DNA of 64,000 nucleotides from Eledone cirrhosa (taxonomy: Eukaryota), in contig OZ024745.1 of the NCBI GenBank assembly GCA_964016885.1, forward strand, positions 72,850,001-72,914,000. The letters run 5' to 3'. Made by a program: the position numbers and the translations under genes. Positions 23,585-38,343 of this stretch are shown piece after piece. Position 1 is the first letter of the stretch; each line of letters starts with the position of its first letter. The notes under the pieces are model-generated. The model searched no databases, was not told where the DNA came from, and saw only the letters and a program-made list of their open reading frames with translations.

Positions 23585-26500
23585 GGAAAAATTTGAACAA
23601 GGACAAAACAGAGAGGCAGTACAATAAATGTTTATTAATTTCACGCTCAAGAGAGTGGGGTGTAGGTGGGGGACGACGTTTCGGGCATAAGCCCTTCCTT
23701 AGGTGAGAAGTGTGTGGGAACAGAGTTCAAAAGGTGTGTAGGGGAGTGGTGGAGAGACGTATAGCGAAAGGAAACGGTGCGAATGAAAAAATAACAAATA
23801 AAGATAAAAATAAAAATAAAGCATGATCAAAATACAAGGAATGAGATAAATTTAAAAATAAAGGCATGATCAAAATAAACTGAAATTAAAAGGGGGGTAA
23901 ACAGGTGGTGGAAGGGTGTGGGGTGAGTAGGGGTGGTGGCGGGTGGAGTGGGGAGAGGGAGACGGGGTGTCCGAGCGGGGAGGGCTGAATTTTTTTGGGG
24001 TGTGTGTGTGGGTGAGTTATATAGGTGATTACGTAAGAGGATGGTTGAAAAGTTGGTAAATTCCAAGGATGTTTAGTGGATTGGTTGTAAGTCAATTTCT
24101 GCGTGTGGGTAATCCATTAAGCGGTGGTCGGAAGAGGAGAGATGTGGGGTGCGCGCGCAACAGGAAGTGGTCAGCAGTGGGAGTGCTGTGGTCTGTTAGT
24201 GCTGGGAGGTGGTCAGAGGGCATAGCAGCAGTCGGTGGAATGTTAAGGGGGCGAGGATGGGTAGGTGTGAAAGTTGGAGTGAGGGTGTGGGTGGAGCGGG
24301 GAGAGAAGGGTGTGTGTCGTTCTATGGAGGGAGTGTGGTGTACTGATGTGTGTGTGGTTTGATGAAGAGGTGTTAGTGGGTGTTAGTATACGGGAGGTGG
24401 GGAGGGGTTGAATGCAGGTGTGGGTGGGGGTTAGTGGTGGTAGGGTGTGTAGAGTTGGTGGTGTACGAGGGTGTGTGGGTACGTGTGCGTGGGGTTGGGG
24501 GGTGTTAGTGATGTTAGTTGCGTGTGGGGTGGGTGGTGTAAGTGGGTGCGTGTGTTCATGTGCTTAGGGTTAGGGGGTGTTAGTGAGGTTAGTTGCGGGT
24601 TGGTGGGATGGAGGTGTGGGGTGAGAGGTGTCGGGGTGAGGGTTAGTGGTGGTAGTAGGGTGTGTGTTTAGTGTGAGCGCGTGTATATATGTGCCGGTGG
24701 GTGTGTGCGTGTGATATGGAGGGGGGAGGAGGAGAAGAGAGGAGGGAAGGGATGTTAGTATGTTAGTTGGGGAAGGGTGGTCAGAAGAGGGGTGGAGTGG
24801 AGGTGTTAGTATTTTTAGTGTGGGGTGGGCGGTGAAAAGGAGGGGTGTGTTAGTGGTGTTAGTGGGGGATAAGTGTGGGGGGAGGGGGGCGGTCGAACGC
24901 TAAAGGAATAAGGGTGGGGAGTTCAGGCCGGGGAGAGTGTGAGTCTGTAAGATGAAGATAGTTCGTTGTTCGACCGTAAGGCGATGGGCGGGTGTTCCGT
25001 GGCACTGGAGTAGGCCACAGACTGTGAGATGGCGTGCGGAGTGTCCAGGGCCACCAATGTGGCGGGCGATGGGGGAACTGCCCCCGAGACGAATATCCCG
25101 GAGGTGCTCCGTGACTCGGTCCGCCAGGCGACGTCCCGTCTGTCCGACATAAGTCGGGCTGCAGTCCGTGCAGCGAAGTCCGTAGACTAGGTTGGAGGAG
25201 GTGTAGCGGAAGGCATGCCGGACCGAGAGAGAGTGGCCGTTGGGACCCTGGAAGGTGGTGGTGTTGGTGATGTGGGGACAGGTGTTGCAGCGGGGCCTAG
25301 AACAGGGAAAGGAACCGGGGGGGAAACAGAGCGTGGGTTGGGGGTTAGGGAGCTGTGGACGAGGAGGGTGCGGAGATTGCGTGCGCGTTTGAAGGAGAGG
25401 AGTGGTGGGGTTGGGAAGATGTGGGAGGTGGAGGGGTCGGACTGGAGGCGTCGGAAGAGGCGGCGGATGGTGCAGTGGAGGGGTAAGGTGGAGGGGTGGT
25501 AGGTGATGGGGAAGGGGAGACGGTGGGTGGGTGTGCGGTGGCGTGGGGTGAGGGTGGTGGATCGGGGGACAGCACGGGCGCGGGTGAGAGCGGTGTAGAC
25601 GAGAGAGGGGGGTAACCTCTGCGGATGAAATGGCTGACTAGGGAAAGGGCCTGGGACTCGAAGTCAGCATCACGGCTACGGAGGCGGCGGATCCTGAGAA
25701 GTTGGGAGTAGGGAATGGAGTGTTTAGTGTGGGTGGGGTGGGAAGAGGTGAAGTCGAGGTAAGAGTGGGAGTCGGTGGGTTTGAAGAAGGCGGAGGTGAC
25801 GAGGGAGTGGTGGGAGGGGTCGAAGTCGACGGAGATGTCTAAGAAGTGGACGTGGGTGGTGGAGATAGAGGTGGTGAAGTGGAGGGAGGGGTGGAAGGAG
25901 CAGAAGAAGGAAAGAAAGGAGTCGAGCTGTTCTCGGGTGAGGGTCGTGGCTCCGATACAGTCGTCAATGTAACGACCGTACAGTTCGGGCGTGGGGCCGG
26001 TGTACTGGGCAAAGATTTGGGCCTCAACATGGCCAACAAAAAGGTTGGCATAGTTCGGGCCCATTCTTGTGCCCATGGCTACCCCCGTGACCTGTTGGTA
26101 AAACTCACCCGAGAAGGAGAAACAATTTAGGGTGAGGACCAGCTCGGCGAGGCGAAGGAGGTGGGGGTGCAGGGAATGGGGGAGGGGCGAAGGTCGAGGT
26201 AGTGTTTGAGGGCGCGAAGGCCGTCGGCGTGGGGGATGACTGTATAGAGGGACTTGATGTCTAGGGTGAAGAGGAAGGGCTGTTCGCCGGGTAGGTAGGT
26301 GAAGGAGTCGAAAAAGCGCCGGGCGTGGTTGGTGTCGGAGATGTGGGAGGGGAGGGTGGTGACAAGGGGGGCGAGGAGGGAGTCGAGAAAGGCGGAGATG
26401 AGTTCGGTGGGGCAGTTGCAAGCGGAGACGATGGGGCGGCCGGGGTTGTCGGGTTTGTGGAGTTAGAGGAGGAAGTAGATGGTGGGGGTGCGGGGGGGGT

Positions 26501-26677
26501 GGACGATGAGGTGGGAAGCGGTGGGGGGGGGAGGCGATAAGGTCTTTGATGGTGGAGGAGACTTGTTGTTGGTAGAGGGGGTGGGATCGGAGGGTAGAGG
26601 GCGGTAAAAGAGGGGGTTACAGAGCTGCCTGAGGGCTTCGGCCGTGTAGAGGTCCGCGCGCCATGCCACTACGGCGC
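23585..26677 (-). mobile_element. Penelope/Poseidon-type PLE, 5' truncated and frameshifted
   Basis: YQQVTGVAMGTRMGPNYANLFVG, YGRYIDDC, FLDISV, KPTDSHSYLDFTSSHP; GIY-YIG NLVYGLRCTDCSPTYVGQTGRRLADRVTEHLRDI at ~25090-25200; degenerate hammerhead ctaagga-agggcttatgccc-GAAA-cgtcg at ~23670-23705. Confidence 0.9.
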
Positions 26678-26974
26678 ATATATATATATACAAGTTCCAT
26701 GTAAAAAAAAAGTCCTTTTACAACAGAGAGGCATTCGGTGGAAGGCATATGATTGAAACAGTTCTGCAATGCTGCTCAATCACAACGGGCTTCTGCAGTT
26801 ACGGCTACCAAATTTGGCAAATGACATTCCGACCTAACTCGAAAGTACGCTCTTTCGAAGTAAACGTCTTCACCACACAACCATACATGCTATTAAATAT
26901 GTTTTAATTCGCCTTTCATAATTTTTTTCTTTTCTTTTTCCTTATTCATATGTTTAACCTAATTTTATAGAGAA

Positions 26975-27826
26975 CTAGCAGTAAAGCCCGGCGTTGCTCG
27001 GGGTCGCTCAGTAGCTGTGTTAAAGTTACAATGTTAAGTTTCTTTTTTGGCTTAAAAACTGTAGTGTCTACTGTGCAGACTTGCATGTGGTGTTTTTGAT
27101 TAATATTCCCTCAACCAACAATATGCCTTATGAAGTTAAGAAAACATAACGATAACCCGAATGTTATAACAAAAGAGGATGCTGGGGATAAAAACTGCAC
27201 TGGTTATTTATTAACAAAGATCGAAAATGTAAACACTGCAACGCAGAGAAAAACATTAGCGTAACCAAATTATCAGTTATGTCTGTCTGCACGCCTATAT
27301 CACCTCTCTGCACGACTGTCTGTCTGCACGCCTATATCACCTCTCTGCACGACTGTCTGTCTGCACGCCTATATCACCTCTCTGCACGACTATCTGTCTG
27401 CACGCGTATATCACCTCTCTGCACGACTATCTGTCTGCACGCGTATATCACCTCTCTGCACGACTGTCTGTCTGCACGACTGTCTGTCTGCACGCCTAAC
27501 GAAATTTACAGATACATCTGTTCGTGTATTGTGTTAATGTCATTTTAAACGCTGAGAAAGCCAGCGTAATTTTTTTAATTTTTGCACGCAGACGCTCAAT
27601 GTAAACAGAACAAAGGGAAATAACTGATCACTTACGCTCAAAAATCGATACATTATATTCGATTTCGTCAGATAGGGCGGGTCAATTTGAAATATTTTTT
27701 TCCGATGTCTTCGCTAGGGCTCAATGTACAAGTATAGCAATTTCGGTGCAATTCCGTGAGAGATTCTAAGAGATGTGTGCCAAAAATCGATAGACAGACA
27801 GACAACCTCAGTTTTATATATATAGA
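26975..27826 (-). mobile_element. Non-autonomous Helitron (Lep1-like layout)
   Basis: Minus strand begins TC-tatatatataaaac...(ctgt)n and ends ccgagcaacgccggg...CTAG; contains a ~37-bp tandem repeat at 27280-27497. Confidence 0.8.
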
Positions 27827-28081
27827 TTGCTTTAGAGTAACGGAAATTGAAAAGTCAACAATGATATGTGATAGATAACAAGATGGTGTTGTAAATGAGA
27901 AAGGTTAAAAGAGAATTAACTGGTAGATGGAGTAAAAAAAATGTTCGAGAATCTCTGAGAAAAACATGTAAAAAAAAAATGTCCTCTAACAACAGAAAAC
28001 GGAAAACTAAGAAAACTCCGTCGGAAAGAGAAAAAGATAGAGAAAGCAATCAATCCACCATAATAATACGCCATGTATGTT

Positions 28082-28122
<41 letters not shown>

Positions 28123-28582
28123 GCACAAACATACATATAATGCATTTTGTATCTCAGTCGTGATGCTAGAGTAAGAGGTTCACACGCTTCTACATTCTAA
28201 CTCTCCATTTGTCCCTGTAAATAGTTATTTCACCGGGATGACTCCTACATTTAATCTTATATGTCATGTCATTTGTACATATATGCTGAACTTATGTAAT
28301 TACATTTAGAGAATGGCCCTCGAGTCACACAAATGTTTGCTACTATAAAATCCGATCTGGGGGCGCTTTTTGCATCCATATAATTTTCTTTCATGTTTTA
28401 CTCTTCTCCAGTCCAGGACAAATTATGACACTGAATTTTTGTAGCCATATACACACAGTGGACTTTTCGTTACATCGATCGGTGTATCAAGCGCATCTAC
28501 GACAATGAAATACCACCATTCATTTATTTGAGTCACTCAAAAGATAAGTGTAGGCGGGAGCAGTCATATTTCTTCAGTTGTA

Positions 28583-28663
28583 TAGGATGCGGCAGAAAAA
28601 CCTCCCATATTTTACACAGTGACCGTGTAAAATATAAGAGGACTTTTTATCTGCCGCACCCTG
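28583..28663. mobile_element. Tiny Tc1/Mariner-type MITE
   Basis: Imperfect TIRs taggatgcggcagaaaaa / ttttatctgccgcaccctg flanked by TA. Confidence 0.55.
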
Positions 28664-28792
28664 TATTTGCTGCTGCGTCCTATGTGGACGTGCTGTCGGC
28701 ATCTAGGAAGTCGGTTTTGGTTTTGTTTTGTTGGTGTTTTCGTCATGTTGAGACACCATGATGAAAAGGCACTGCATATTTAAATAGGAGTA

Positions 28793-29010
28793 AGGCGGTG
28801 GATTGGCAGTATCGGTAGAGAGTCGGACACCATGCTTTGCGGCATAGAGTTACAGCCATTTATAATCTGAGTTCAAATCCCGCCGAGGTTAACTTTGCCG
28901 TTCATCCTTACAGGGGTCGATAAAATAAAGCACCAGTAATGGACTGCGGTCGATTTAATCGACTTTCCCCTCCCCCAAATTACTGGCATTGTGCCTATAC
29001 TAGAAATCAT
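28793..29010 (+). repeat. Full-length tRNA-derived SINE
   Basis: ggcggtggattggcagtatcggtagag (A box), gagttcaaatccc (B box), conserved body and ttgtgcctatactagaaa tail. Confidence 0.85.
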
Positions 29011-29519
29011 ATTCAAATAGAAATAGTGCCTCACCCACCTCATTGGGGAATTTCTCGGGTCCAAAGAACTACTAAAAGCCCATGTAAGGGTGTGCGTGCA
29101 TATGTGGGTGTTAATCAAAGAAAAGTTGGTCAAATCACCAATTGTTCATCACAGCTCCATCTCTACCAGCTTTATGTCTATGAATGTTCTCCTTTTCTTT
29201 TTCATTACATTTCCTTATTTTTTCAACACATATTTTCTTTATTTTTACTTCTTACTCATACTCTCCTTCCCCCGTTCTGACGCCTTTCTCTTATGTTGTC
29301 CCCTTGCTTTTCTCTCTAAACCCTACCCTTACATTTCTTTGATCTATTATTTCCCCTCTCTGTTTATTTCTGAACGGCCCTTTGCAGTATAAATCTAGAT
29401 TATAAAATCACACCTTAAAGGAAACAACAAAACTAGCGATGTTTGAATGGATAGCTACATGAAGGTAACTATTCACACCTAATATACATACATATTTATA
29501 CACACACACACACATTATA

Positions 29520-29706
<187 letters not shown>

Positions 29707-29831
29707 TAATGCCTCTATAATCTATGTTTATTGCTCTGGTCTTCTTTTAGTCCATTGAGCGCTTGCCGCATATCTCGAAAATTGCGTTTCGCTTGGTTTT
29801 GGCCACTGCCGAAATTCGATCTCGCTGAAAT

Positions 29832-29872
<41 letters not shown>

Positions 29873-30257
29873 GGGGTCATAACTCATGGTTGAAGGAACT
29901 TATTAAAAAAACGATCAATGATAACAGATATATCTAGTTATATAGTTAGCGATCACAATCTAGAAATAGTGCTTTTGTTAAATTATTTGGGGAATTTAGG
30001 TAATATATTTTCTAGGGTTGGCCAAATTTTGCAAAATGCGACCGACTTTTTATCCAGTAAATCAACTCGGTCTTTATAAATCAATATATATTCTCAATTG
30101 ATGAAGAGTACCTTTCTGATTTAGTTAATTGAATCCAGCAATCAGAATTAACTATGTTATCGCCCCCTAGAATAGAATGTACGTCACAACATCTCATTTC
30201 CTTTTACTAAAACACGAGTTAGAACACATTAGTTAGAATAAATATATATATGGTTTT

Positions 30258-30770
30258 TCTTCTTCTTCTTCTTCTTCTTCTTCTTCTTCTTCTTCTTCTT
30301 CTTCTTCTTCTTCTTCTCAGTATTTTTGGTGTTCCTCTGCTGGTATATTGTTTGCTAGATACCAAGTTGTCTCTAGTAGCCTTTTCCCCTACATGTAGAT
30401 AATTTTCACTATAACAATGATATCTAATATTGTTGGCCAGCCTTCTTCTTCTTCCTTTTCTTCTCCCATGTATTCCTAAGAAGGTCGTGGGGTCAAAATC
30501 CTCAAACACTCTTTCAAGCGGGTCCTGCCAGAAACAACCATCTCCAATTGATCCGGCTGGATCCCCCAAGCTAAACCAGCCAAGCTCATGGATGTTATCT
30601 AACCATCTTGCTCGGGGTCTCCTGTTAGTTGGTTTTGCCCGTAAAATCTGTCCAGTGATTCTTTCCTGAGACATTATAACGTAGTATCGGAGCTGTGATT
30701 TCTCAATTCGGAGAAGTTGCGGCTCTACCTGGAGTGACTCTCTGATCTCCGAGCTACGTACCTTATCTAA
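30258..30770 (-). mobile_element. RTE (REX3/Expander-like) 3' fragment and adjacent (GAA)n
   Basis: SSEIRESLQVEPQLLRIEKSQLRY..MSQERITGQILRAKPT.RRPR.RWLDNI; a second copy lies at 57210-57475. Confidence 0.7.
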
Positions 30771-31189
30771 AGTTTATTAAGTAAAATTTCCACCTATTAT
30801 TATATGACTATATAACCGTAAATCTGAAGGTATGCCATTGAAAAGTAGGACACAGTTTCATCCATTGTCTCCCTTCCCCCATATATTACCATAAATCTGA
30901 AGGTATGCAATTACAAAGCAGGGAGCAGTGTCATCCTGTGTCCCCCTTCCTCCCAAAAAATATATGCGCACGTGTGTGTGTATGCGTGTGTTGATCGATG
31001 AAATCATCAGTATGATTCATCGCTTTGATTTTACTCAATACTGTTAAAATCATGAATGTCGTAAATCTTTATAAATCTCGCTCCTTGCACATATTCAAGT
31101 AAAGCTTACTTTATTTTTAACACCAATAAAAGTGTGGGACATTCGCAATGACATATTTTCCGTTTCTAGCCTTGAAGTTTTTTTGCCAC

Positions 31190-31480
31190 AATTGCAGGTA
31201 CTGCCTCTCGTGACGCAGAAGTGCGGAAGTTATCCAAACACCGGGATTTGACCAACCGCTTCCTTTTTGTGCTGGTCGTCATCGAGACCTCTGATGTGCT
31301 CGCTCCCCAAACTGCTGTTTTCTTTCGCAAAGTTTAGAGAAGTACATCCTGCCTTAGGATGGAAGAGCTGATGCAGCGTGCCATGTTAGCTGTTCTCCGT
31401 GGTAATGCTTTCACAGAACACAACTGAAATATGCTGCCAAGACTAGAGTATGGAGTCTGCCCCTCCCCCTTTCCTCTTAT
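31190..31480 (+). mobile_element. CRE-like (restriction-like endonuclease) non-LTR 3' remnant
   Basis: AGTASRDAEVRKLSKHRDL..FLFVLVVIETS...LMQRAMLAVLRGNA; related remnant at ~41930-42150 (QRVSIAILHRNS). Confidence 0.65.
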
Positions 31481-31652
31481 TACCATTATCATCTTTTTTT
31501 TTATTTATTACAGACAAATACTCTAATTGAAATTATGTTATTTAAATGAATTCAGTATGTTTATGTATAATAAACATTACACAAATCTCACTGTGATCAT
31601 ATCACAGTACCTCAGTAAATTGTGTTTTTCTCGTTAAGAGGATGTAGACAAG

Positions 31653-31687
<35 letters not shown>

Positions 31688-32172
31688 TTTTTTCTTTATA
31701 TTGCCAGAATTGGTAGTGCGTAGGATAAGATACCATTGTAGTATTTGTTCTGGCTCTTTACATTCTGTGTTCAAATCCCACCAAGGTGAACTTTACCTTT
31801 CATCCTTCCACAGTGAATCAAATAAAGTACCATTCACATACTAGGATTTTTTTTTTTTTATCAACTTTGTCCTTGCCCTAAATTTGCTGGCCTTGAGCTT
31901 AAATTAGAAATCGATATCAATTATGGCTCAGAGAATTTGTTAGACATTATAAATGACAAAGTGAGATAAAGAAACAATGAGAAGGCCATCGGTGAGCCTC
32001 GAAAAACGTTCTTATCGCTTCATGCGTTGCATTTCAAAACACCTTCCCTCCACCATATCAGCTTTCGCACTATAAATTGTTTCTGTTACGTTAACTGTAT
32101 TCATTTATCCCTTCAAGATCATTCATTAGTAATTCCAAATTTGATTAATTCACTTATTATTTGATAATTCAT

Positions 32173-32362
32173 AGGCGGTGGATTGGCAGTATCGGTAGAG
32201 GGTCGGACGCCATGCTTTCCAGCATATTTACGTCCCTTTACGGTCTGAGTTCAAATCCCGCCGAGGTTGACTTTGCCTTTCATCCTTACGGGGTCGATAA
32301 AATAAAGTACCAGTAATGCATTGGTGAATTGCTGGCCTTGTGCCTAAAGTAGAAACAATTAT
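32173..32362 (+). repeat. Full-length tRNA-derived SINE
   Basis: Same family as 13667-13875 and 28793-29010. Confidence 0.85.
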
Positions 32363-33321
32363 TTGATAATTCATAATTTGATCATTTATAATTTGATTCA
32401 TTTGGTTATTTCTCACTACACAACATCGAACCAATGTAGGACATCTTGTATTTTACATTAGTGAAGTGACTTATTTTTCTCGCACTAAACGGCTGACGAA
32501 CTCTCGCACTAAATGACTGATGACTTTTGCACTAAATGACTGATGAACTTTTAGATGAACATTAGTTACTGAAGATGTTTTCGCTACAATTATTTGCATG
32601 AAATTAAAAAAAAAATTGATGATGTTAGTGTTGGTGGTGATTCAGTGTGAGTGTGTGTTCGTGAAACATATACACACACACTAGGTCAGAACACAAAGGA
32701 TCCAAACTCCCACTGTCACTGCCTCCGTCTCTCCCTATCTCTCAGTATTATGAGCAAATGGGGGACCACGTGTTTCCCCGGTGGTTGGTGAAGGAGACGC
32801 ACGAAAGAGCCATTTTAGCTCCTGAACTATCAAGCAATTTAAAAGTTATTCAAAAATATTTTTTTATATCATACCGCCTGAAAACGAAACTGATTACTTT
32901 AATGTGTTATGCTTCAAATAAACAAATAAATAATGAGGAAGTTAGTTATATTATCAAATCCCTCCAATTTTTAGGCGATGTTTTTCATGAGAAATATGTT
33001 AACGAAAGGTTTAATAAAAGAGAGGCTCAAATATTGAACTGATTTCACTCGATTGCCGCGGAAGAAATTATCGCTGTAACATCAAAATTATGATGCTGCC
33101 GTCTTGGCCTTTGCCATCACCCTCTTCTAACGCTACCTGTTCAAGCTATGATGAAACCAAGATTAATTATCTCTCGAGTCCAACATTTATATTAAATGCT
33201 TGAAATCTTTCATTTCAGGAGTAAATCTTGACTCTATATTCAATCTTGTAGGACTTTATTACGGTGCTGTTATATCAATGATTTGAAGTAACAACTCCCA
33301 GTAAAGCTTAAACAATTACAC

Positions 33322-33645
33322 CAAGGGTTCCAAAACTGTTTGCGTCATCACCAACTTTCAGATGGAAACATTTCCATCGCCCACTTGTATAGTAAATATT
33401 CAAAAGCATACTAAAAGTGTTTGGTAAAAGTTTTTACTGGTTTGTTATTCCCATTTAGCCCCCTGTTTCTTTTTTATACAGGTTTTTTATGTGTCCTTTG
33501 GATATTGTTTCAGGTAGCATATGTTGAAATACCTTCTTAATACTCAAAATCCTATATTCCTCCAAAATTTCTAATCACTCACCATTTTCTGTTCGCCTCT
33601 CATCGTTCATCCAACAGTTGACATCACTCAGATTGGGAAACCCTG
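33322..33645. mobile_element. hAT-type MITE
   Basis: TIRs caagggttccaaa / ttgggaaaccctg; 8-bp TSD aattacac/aattaaac (one mismatch). Confidence 0.7.
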
Positions 33646-34755
33646 AATTAAACGAATTAGGTTGTGTTGGACAACGGGACAGCCTGCTCGTGAAATCAAC
33701 GTATAAGTGTCTGTACATCCTACAGACACTAACACCTTTAATGTAGTTATCCAAGAGATTCAGTCTGACACAATATGAGACGGGGGTCGGCCCTTTTTAA
33801 TTACAGGTACATTAAATTTTTGCTAAGTAGACTGAAGTAACGCGAAATGAAGTGTCTTGTTCAATGAGACATCACACTGCAAGGAATCAAACTCAGGACC
33901 TTACAAACCTGAGCCAAACATCCTAACCACTAATCCAGACGTTTTCCCCATGTCATCATTTGCTTCCCTTCCTCTTTCTACACCCCCATATAAAACTTGT
34001 TAGAAAGCAATACAATTCAAGTTAAATTCCGGCAAATAATGGTGCTTACCCTCTTTTTAATTCGGATATCATTATGAGCGAACATTTGAATTTCCTGTAA
34101 CCTCACGTTCCTGTAATTCACGTTAAAATAGAAGAAGAAGCCATGTTATCATAAGGATTAATTCAATTGCTTATATTTTTCAAGTATAGAAAATGTATCA
34201 TGTATATGTTAAGTATTCGTTTAAAATCAAAAAATAATAATAATAATAATAATTGTTTATACTTTTGGCACAAGGGCAGCAATTACACAGTACATTACTG
34301 GTACTTTATTTTATTGACCCCGTAAGGATGAAAGGCAAAGTTAACCTCGACGGGATTTGAACTCAGACTGTAATGGGATGTAACTATACTAGAAAGCATG
34401 GCGTCAAACCCTAAAACGAGAGTAAGACAAAGTGTAAAGTAGCTATGCCAAGGGAGATAACTTATTTCAAAATTTACTTATTTTACCTGTTCCAACAAAC
34501 TGACTGACGTCTTCCTGGGCATATTTACGATTTATGTTTTTTTGTTTTGTTATGTTTTTGTTTTTTCTTATCTTCATTTTCATTATTCATTTTTGCTAAA
34601 CTGCTGCTGTAATTCTAAAACAAATTCATAATCTACCTTTTTCATAAGGAATACTGAAAACAATTGATGTTACACTCGATTTTAGTGACATTTGTTTATT
34701 AATTTCTAATAAGATGATTTACAAAATGTAATTCTTAAATGAAGTTTTCATAAGC

Positions 34756-37700
34756 ATGGTGGTGTCACTAGCTATACATAGACTTAAAGGTGGTGGTGTT
34801 ACTAACTATACATAGACTTAAAGATGGTGGTATCACTAACTATACATAGACTTAAAGGTGGTGGTGTCACTAACTATACATAGACTTAAAGATGGTGGTG
34901 TCACTAGCTATACATAGACTTAAAGGTGGTGGTGTCACTAACTATACATAGACTTAAAGGTGGTGGTGTTACTAACTATACATAGACTTAAAGGTGGTGG
35001 TATCACTAACTATACATAGACTTAAAGGTGGTGGTGTCACTAACTATACATAGACTTAAAGATGGTGGTGTCACTAGCTATACATAGACTTAAAGGTGGT
35101 GGTGTCACTAACTATACATAGACTTAAAGATGGTGGGTTCACTAACTATACATAGACTTAAAGATGGTGGTATCACTAACTATACATAGACTTAAAGATG
35201 GTGGTGTCACTAACTATACATAGACTTAAAGATGGTGGTGTCACTAGCTATACATAGACTTAAAGGTGGTGGTGTCACTAACTAAACATTCACTAACTAA
35301 ACATAGACTTAAAGATGGTGGTGTCACTAACTATACATAGACTTAAAGATGGTGGTATCACTAACTATACATAGACTTAAAGATGGTGGTGTCACTAACT
35401 ATACATAGACTTAAAGGTGGTGGTGTTACTAACTATACATAGACTTAAAGATGGTGGTGTCACTAGTTATACATAGACTTAAAGATGGTGGTGTCACTAG
35501 CTATACATAGACTTAAAGATGGTGGTGTCACTAACTATACATAGACTTAAAGGTGGTGGTGTTACTAACTATACATAGACTTAAAGATGGTGGTGTCACT
35601 AGCTATACATAGACTTAAAGATGGTGGTGTCACTAGCTATACATAGACTTAAAGATGGTGGTGTCACTAACTATACATAGACTTAAAGATGGTGGTGTCA
35701 CTAACTATACATAGACTTAAAGATGGTGGTGTCACTAGCTATACATAGACTTAAAGATGGTGGTGTCACTAACTATACATAGACTTAAAGATGGTGGTGT
35801 CACTAGCTATACATAGACTTAAAGATGGTGGTGTCACTAACTATACATAGACTTAAAGATGGTGGTATCACTAACTATACATAGACTTAAAGATGGTTGT
35901 GTCACTAGCTATACATAGACTTAAAGATGGTGGTGTCACTAACTATACATAGACTTAAAGATGGTGGTGTCACTAACTATACATAGACTTAAAGGTGGTG
36001 GTGTCACTAACTATACATAGACTTAAAGATGGTGGTGTCACTAACTATACATAGACTTAAAGATGGTGGTGTCACTAACTATACATAGACTTAAAGGTGG
36101 TGGTATCACTAACTATACATAGACTTAAAGATGGTGGCGTCACTAACTATACATAGACTTAAAGGTGGTGGTGTCACTAACTATACATAGACTTAAAGAT
36201 GGTGGTATCACTAACTATACATAGACTTAAAGATGGTGGTGTCACTAACTATACGTAGACTTAAAGATGGTGGTGTCACTAGCTATACATAGACTTAAAG
36301 ATGGTGGTGTCACTAACTATACATAGACTTAAAGATGGTGGTGTCACTAGCTATACATAGACTTAAAGATGGTGGTGTCACTAACTATACATAGACTTAA
36401 AGATGGTGGTATCACTAACTATACATAGACTTAAAGGTGGTGGTGTCACTAACTATACATAGACTTAAAGATGGTGGTGTCACTAGCTATACATAGACTT
36501 AAAGGTGGTGGTGTCACTAACTATACATAGACTTAAAGATGGTGGTGTCACTAACTACACATAGACTTAAAGATGGTGGTATCACTAACTATACATAGAC
36601 TTAAAGATGGTGGTGTCACTAACTATACATAGACTTAAAGGTGGTGGTGTTACTAACTATACATAGACTTAAAGATGGTGGTGTCACTAGCTATACATAG
36701 ACTTAAAGATGGTGGTGTCACTAACTATACATAGACTTAAAGATGGTGGTGTCACTAGCTATACATAGACTTAAAGATGGTGGTGTCACTAACTATACAT
36801 AGACTTAAAGATGGTGGTATCACTAACTATACATAGACTTAAAGGTGGTGGTGTCACTAACTATACATAGACTTAAAGGTGGTGGTGTCACTAACTATAC
36901 ATAGACTTAAAGGTGGTGGTGTCACTAACTATACATAGACTTAAAGATGGTGGTGTCACTAACTATACATAGACTTAAAGGTGGTGGTGTCACTAACTAT
37001 ACATAGACTTAATGATGGTGGTGTCACTAACTATACATAGACTTAAAGGTGGTGGTGTCATCATTAACTATACATAGACTTAAAGATGGTGTCATCACTA
37101 ACTATACATAGACTTAAAGGTGGCGGTGTCACTAACTATACATAGACTTAAAGATGGTGGTGTCACTAACTATACATAGACTTAAAGATGGTGGTATCAC
37201 TAACTATACATAGACTTAAAGGTGGTGGTATCACTAACTATACATAGACTTAAAGATGGTGGTATCACTAACTATACATAGACTTAAAGATGGTGGTGTC
37301 ACTAACTATACATAGACTTAAAGATGGTGGTGTCACTAACTATACATAGACTTAAAGATGGTGGTGTCACTAGCTATACATAGACTTAAAGGTGGTGGTG
37401 TCACTAACTATACATAGACTTAAAGGTGGTAGTGTCACTAGCTATACATAGACTTAAAGATGGTGGTATCACTAACTATACATAGACTTAAAGATGGTGG
37501 TGTCACTAACTATACATAGACTTAAAGATGGTGGTGTCACTAGCTATACATAGACTTAAAGATGGTGGTGTCACTAGCTATACATAGACTTAAAGGTGGT
37601 GGTGTCACTATCTATACATAGACTTAAAGGTGGTGGTGTCACTAACTATACATAGACTTAAAGATGGTGGTGTCACTAACTATACATAGACTTATGATGC

Positions 37701-37770
37701 ATGGTGGTGTCACTAACTATACATAGACTTATGATGCATGGTAGTCTCACTAACTATATAGAGACTTTAA
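34756..37770. repeat. 34-bp minisatellite array, ~88 copies
   Basis: Unit gatggtggtgtcactaactatacatagacttaaa with a few recurrent variant sites (gat/ggt, gtc/atc/gtt, aac/agc); no spacers. Confidence 0.97.
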
Positions 37771-37814
37771 AATTATTTCATTTCACAGTTCAATGATTTT
37801 CCGTCAGCATCTAA

Positions 37815-38025
37815 GATGGTCGGATGAAAAGTTCATAGGCAGTCTATGAAGGAGTGATGCTAGAGCTGTGAAATCTTACATTCCTTAATTTCATCTCTTA
37901 TTAGTAACTGCTTTGTTTCTTTCTAGGGAGTATGTTGAACAATAAACCTTATTAGGTCATTCCATGAGAGTATCTTGGTCAGCCAAACATTTTTCAGCCT
38001 ATGAACTTTTCAGCCGAACCACATA
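37815..38025. mobile_element. Mariner-derived MITE
   Basis: TIRs tggtcggatgaaaagttcataggc / gcctatgaacttttcagccgaacca. Confidence 0.7.
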
Positions 38026-38251
38026 TGTTATTGTTGTTGCTTCTCAAGGGGTTCCCACAAGAGGTCATTTCCATCCAGATCACAGTAAGTATGGATTGGT
38101 TCGGGGACCTAGGACATGATGGTCTCCACCGCTATGGGTTCCACAAGTAACCTATCAGGTGGTACGGTCGGTACTTTGTCAACTTGTGATCCACATCTCT
38201 GACACGGTGCCAGTGTCTAACGAATCGAATATTATTATTATTCGACATAAA

Positions 38252-38343
<92 letters not shown>

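Noticed and set aside
30219-30674. Arg-rich 151-aa protein
   Set aside because: RTE remnant read through a (GAA)n microsatellite.
32478-32555. CTGACGA/CTGATGA motifs as hammerheads
   Set aside because: Part of a ~24-bp triplication with no stem II or GAAA partner.
34756-37770. CRISPR-like 34-bp repeat array
   Set aside because: Head-to-tail units with no unique spacers, no cas genes, and a eukaryotic context.
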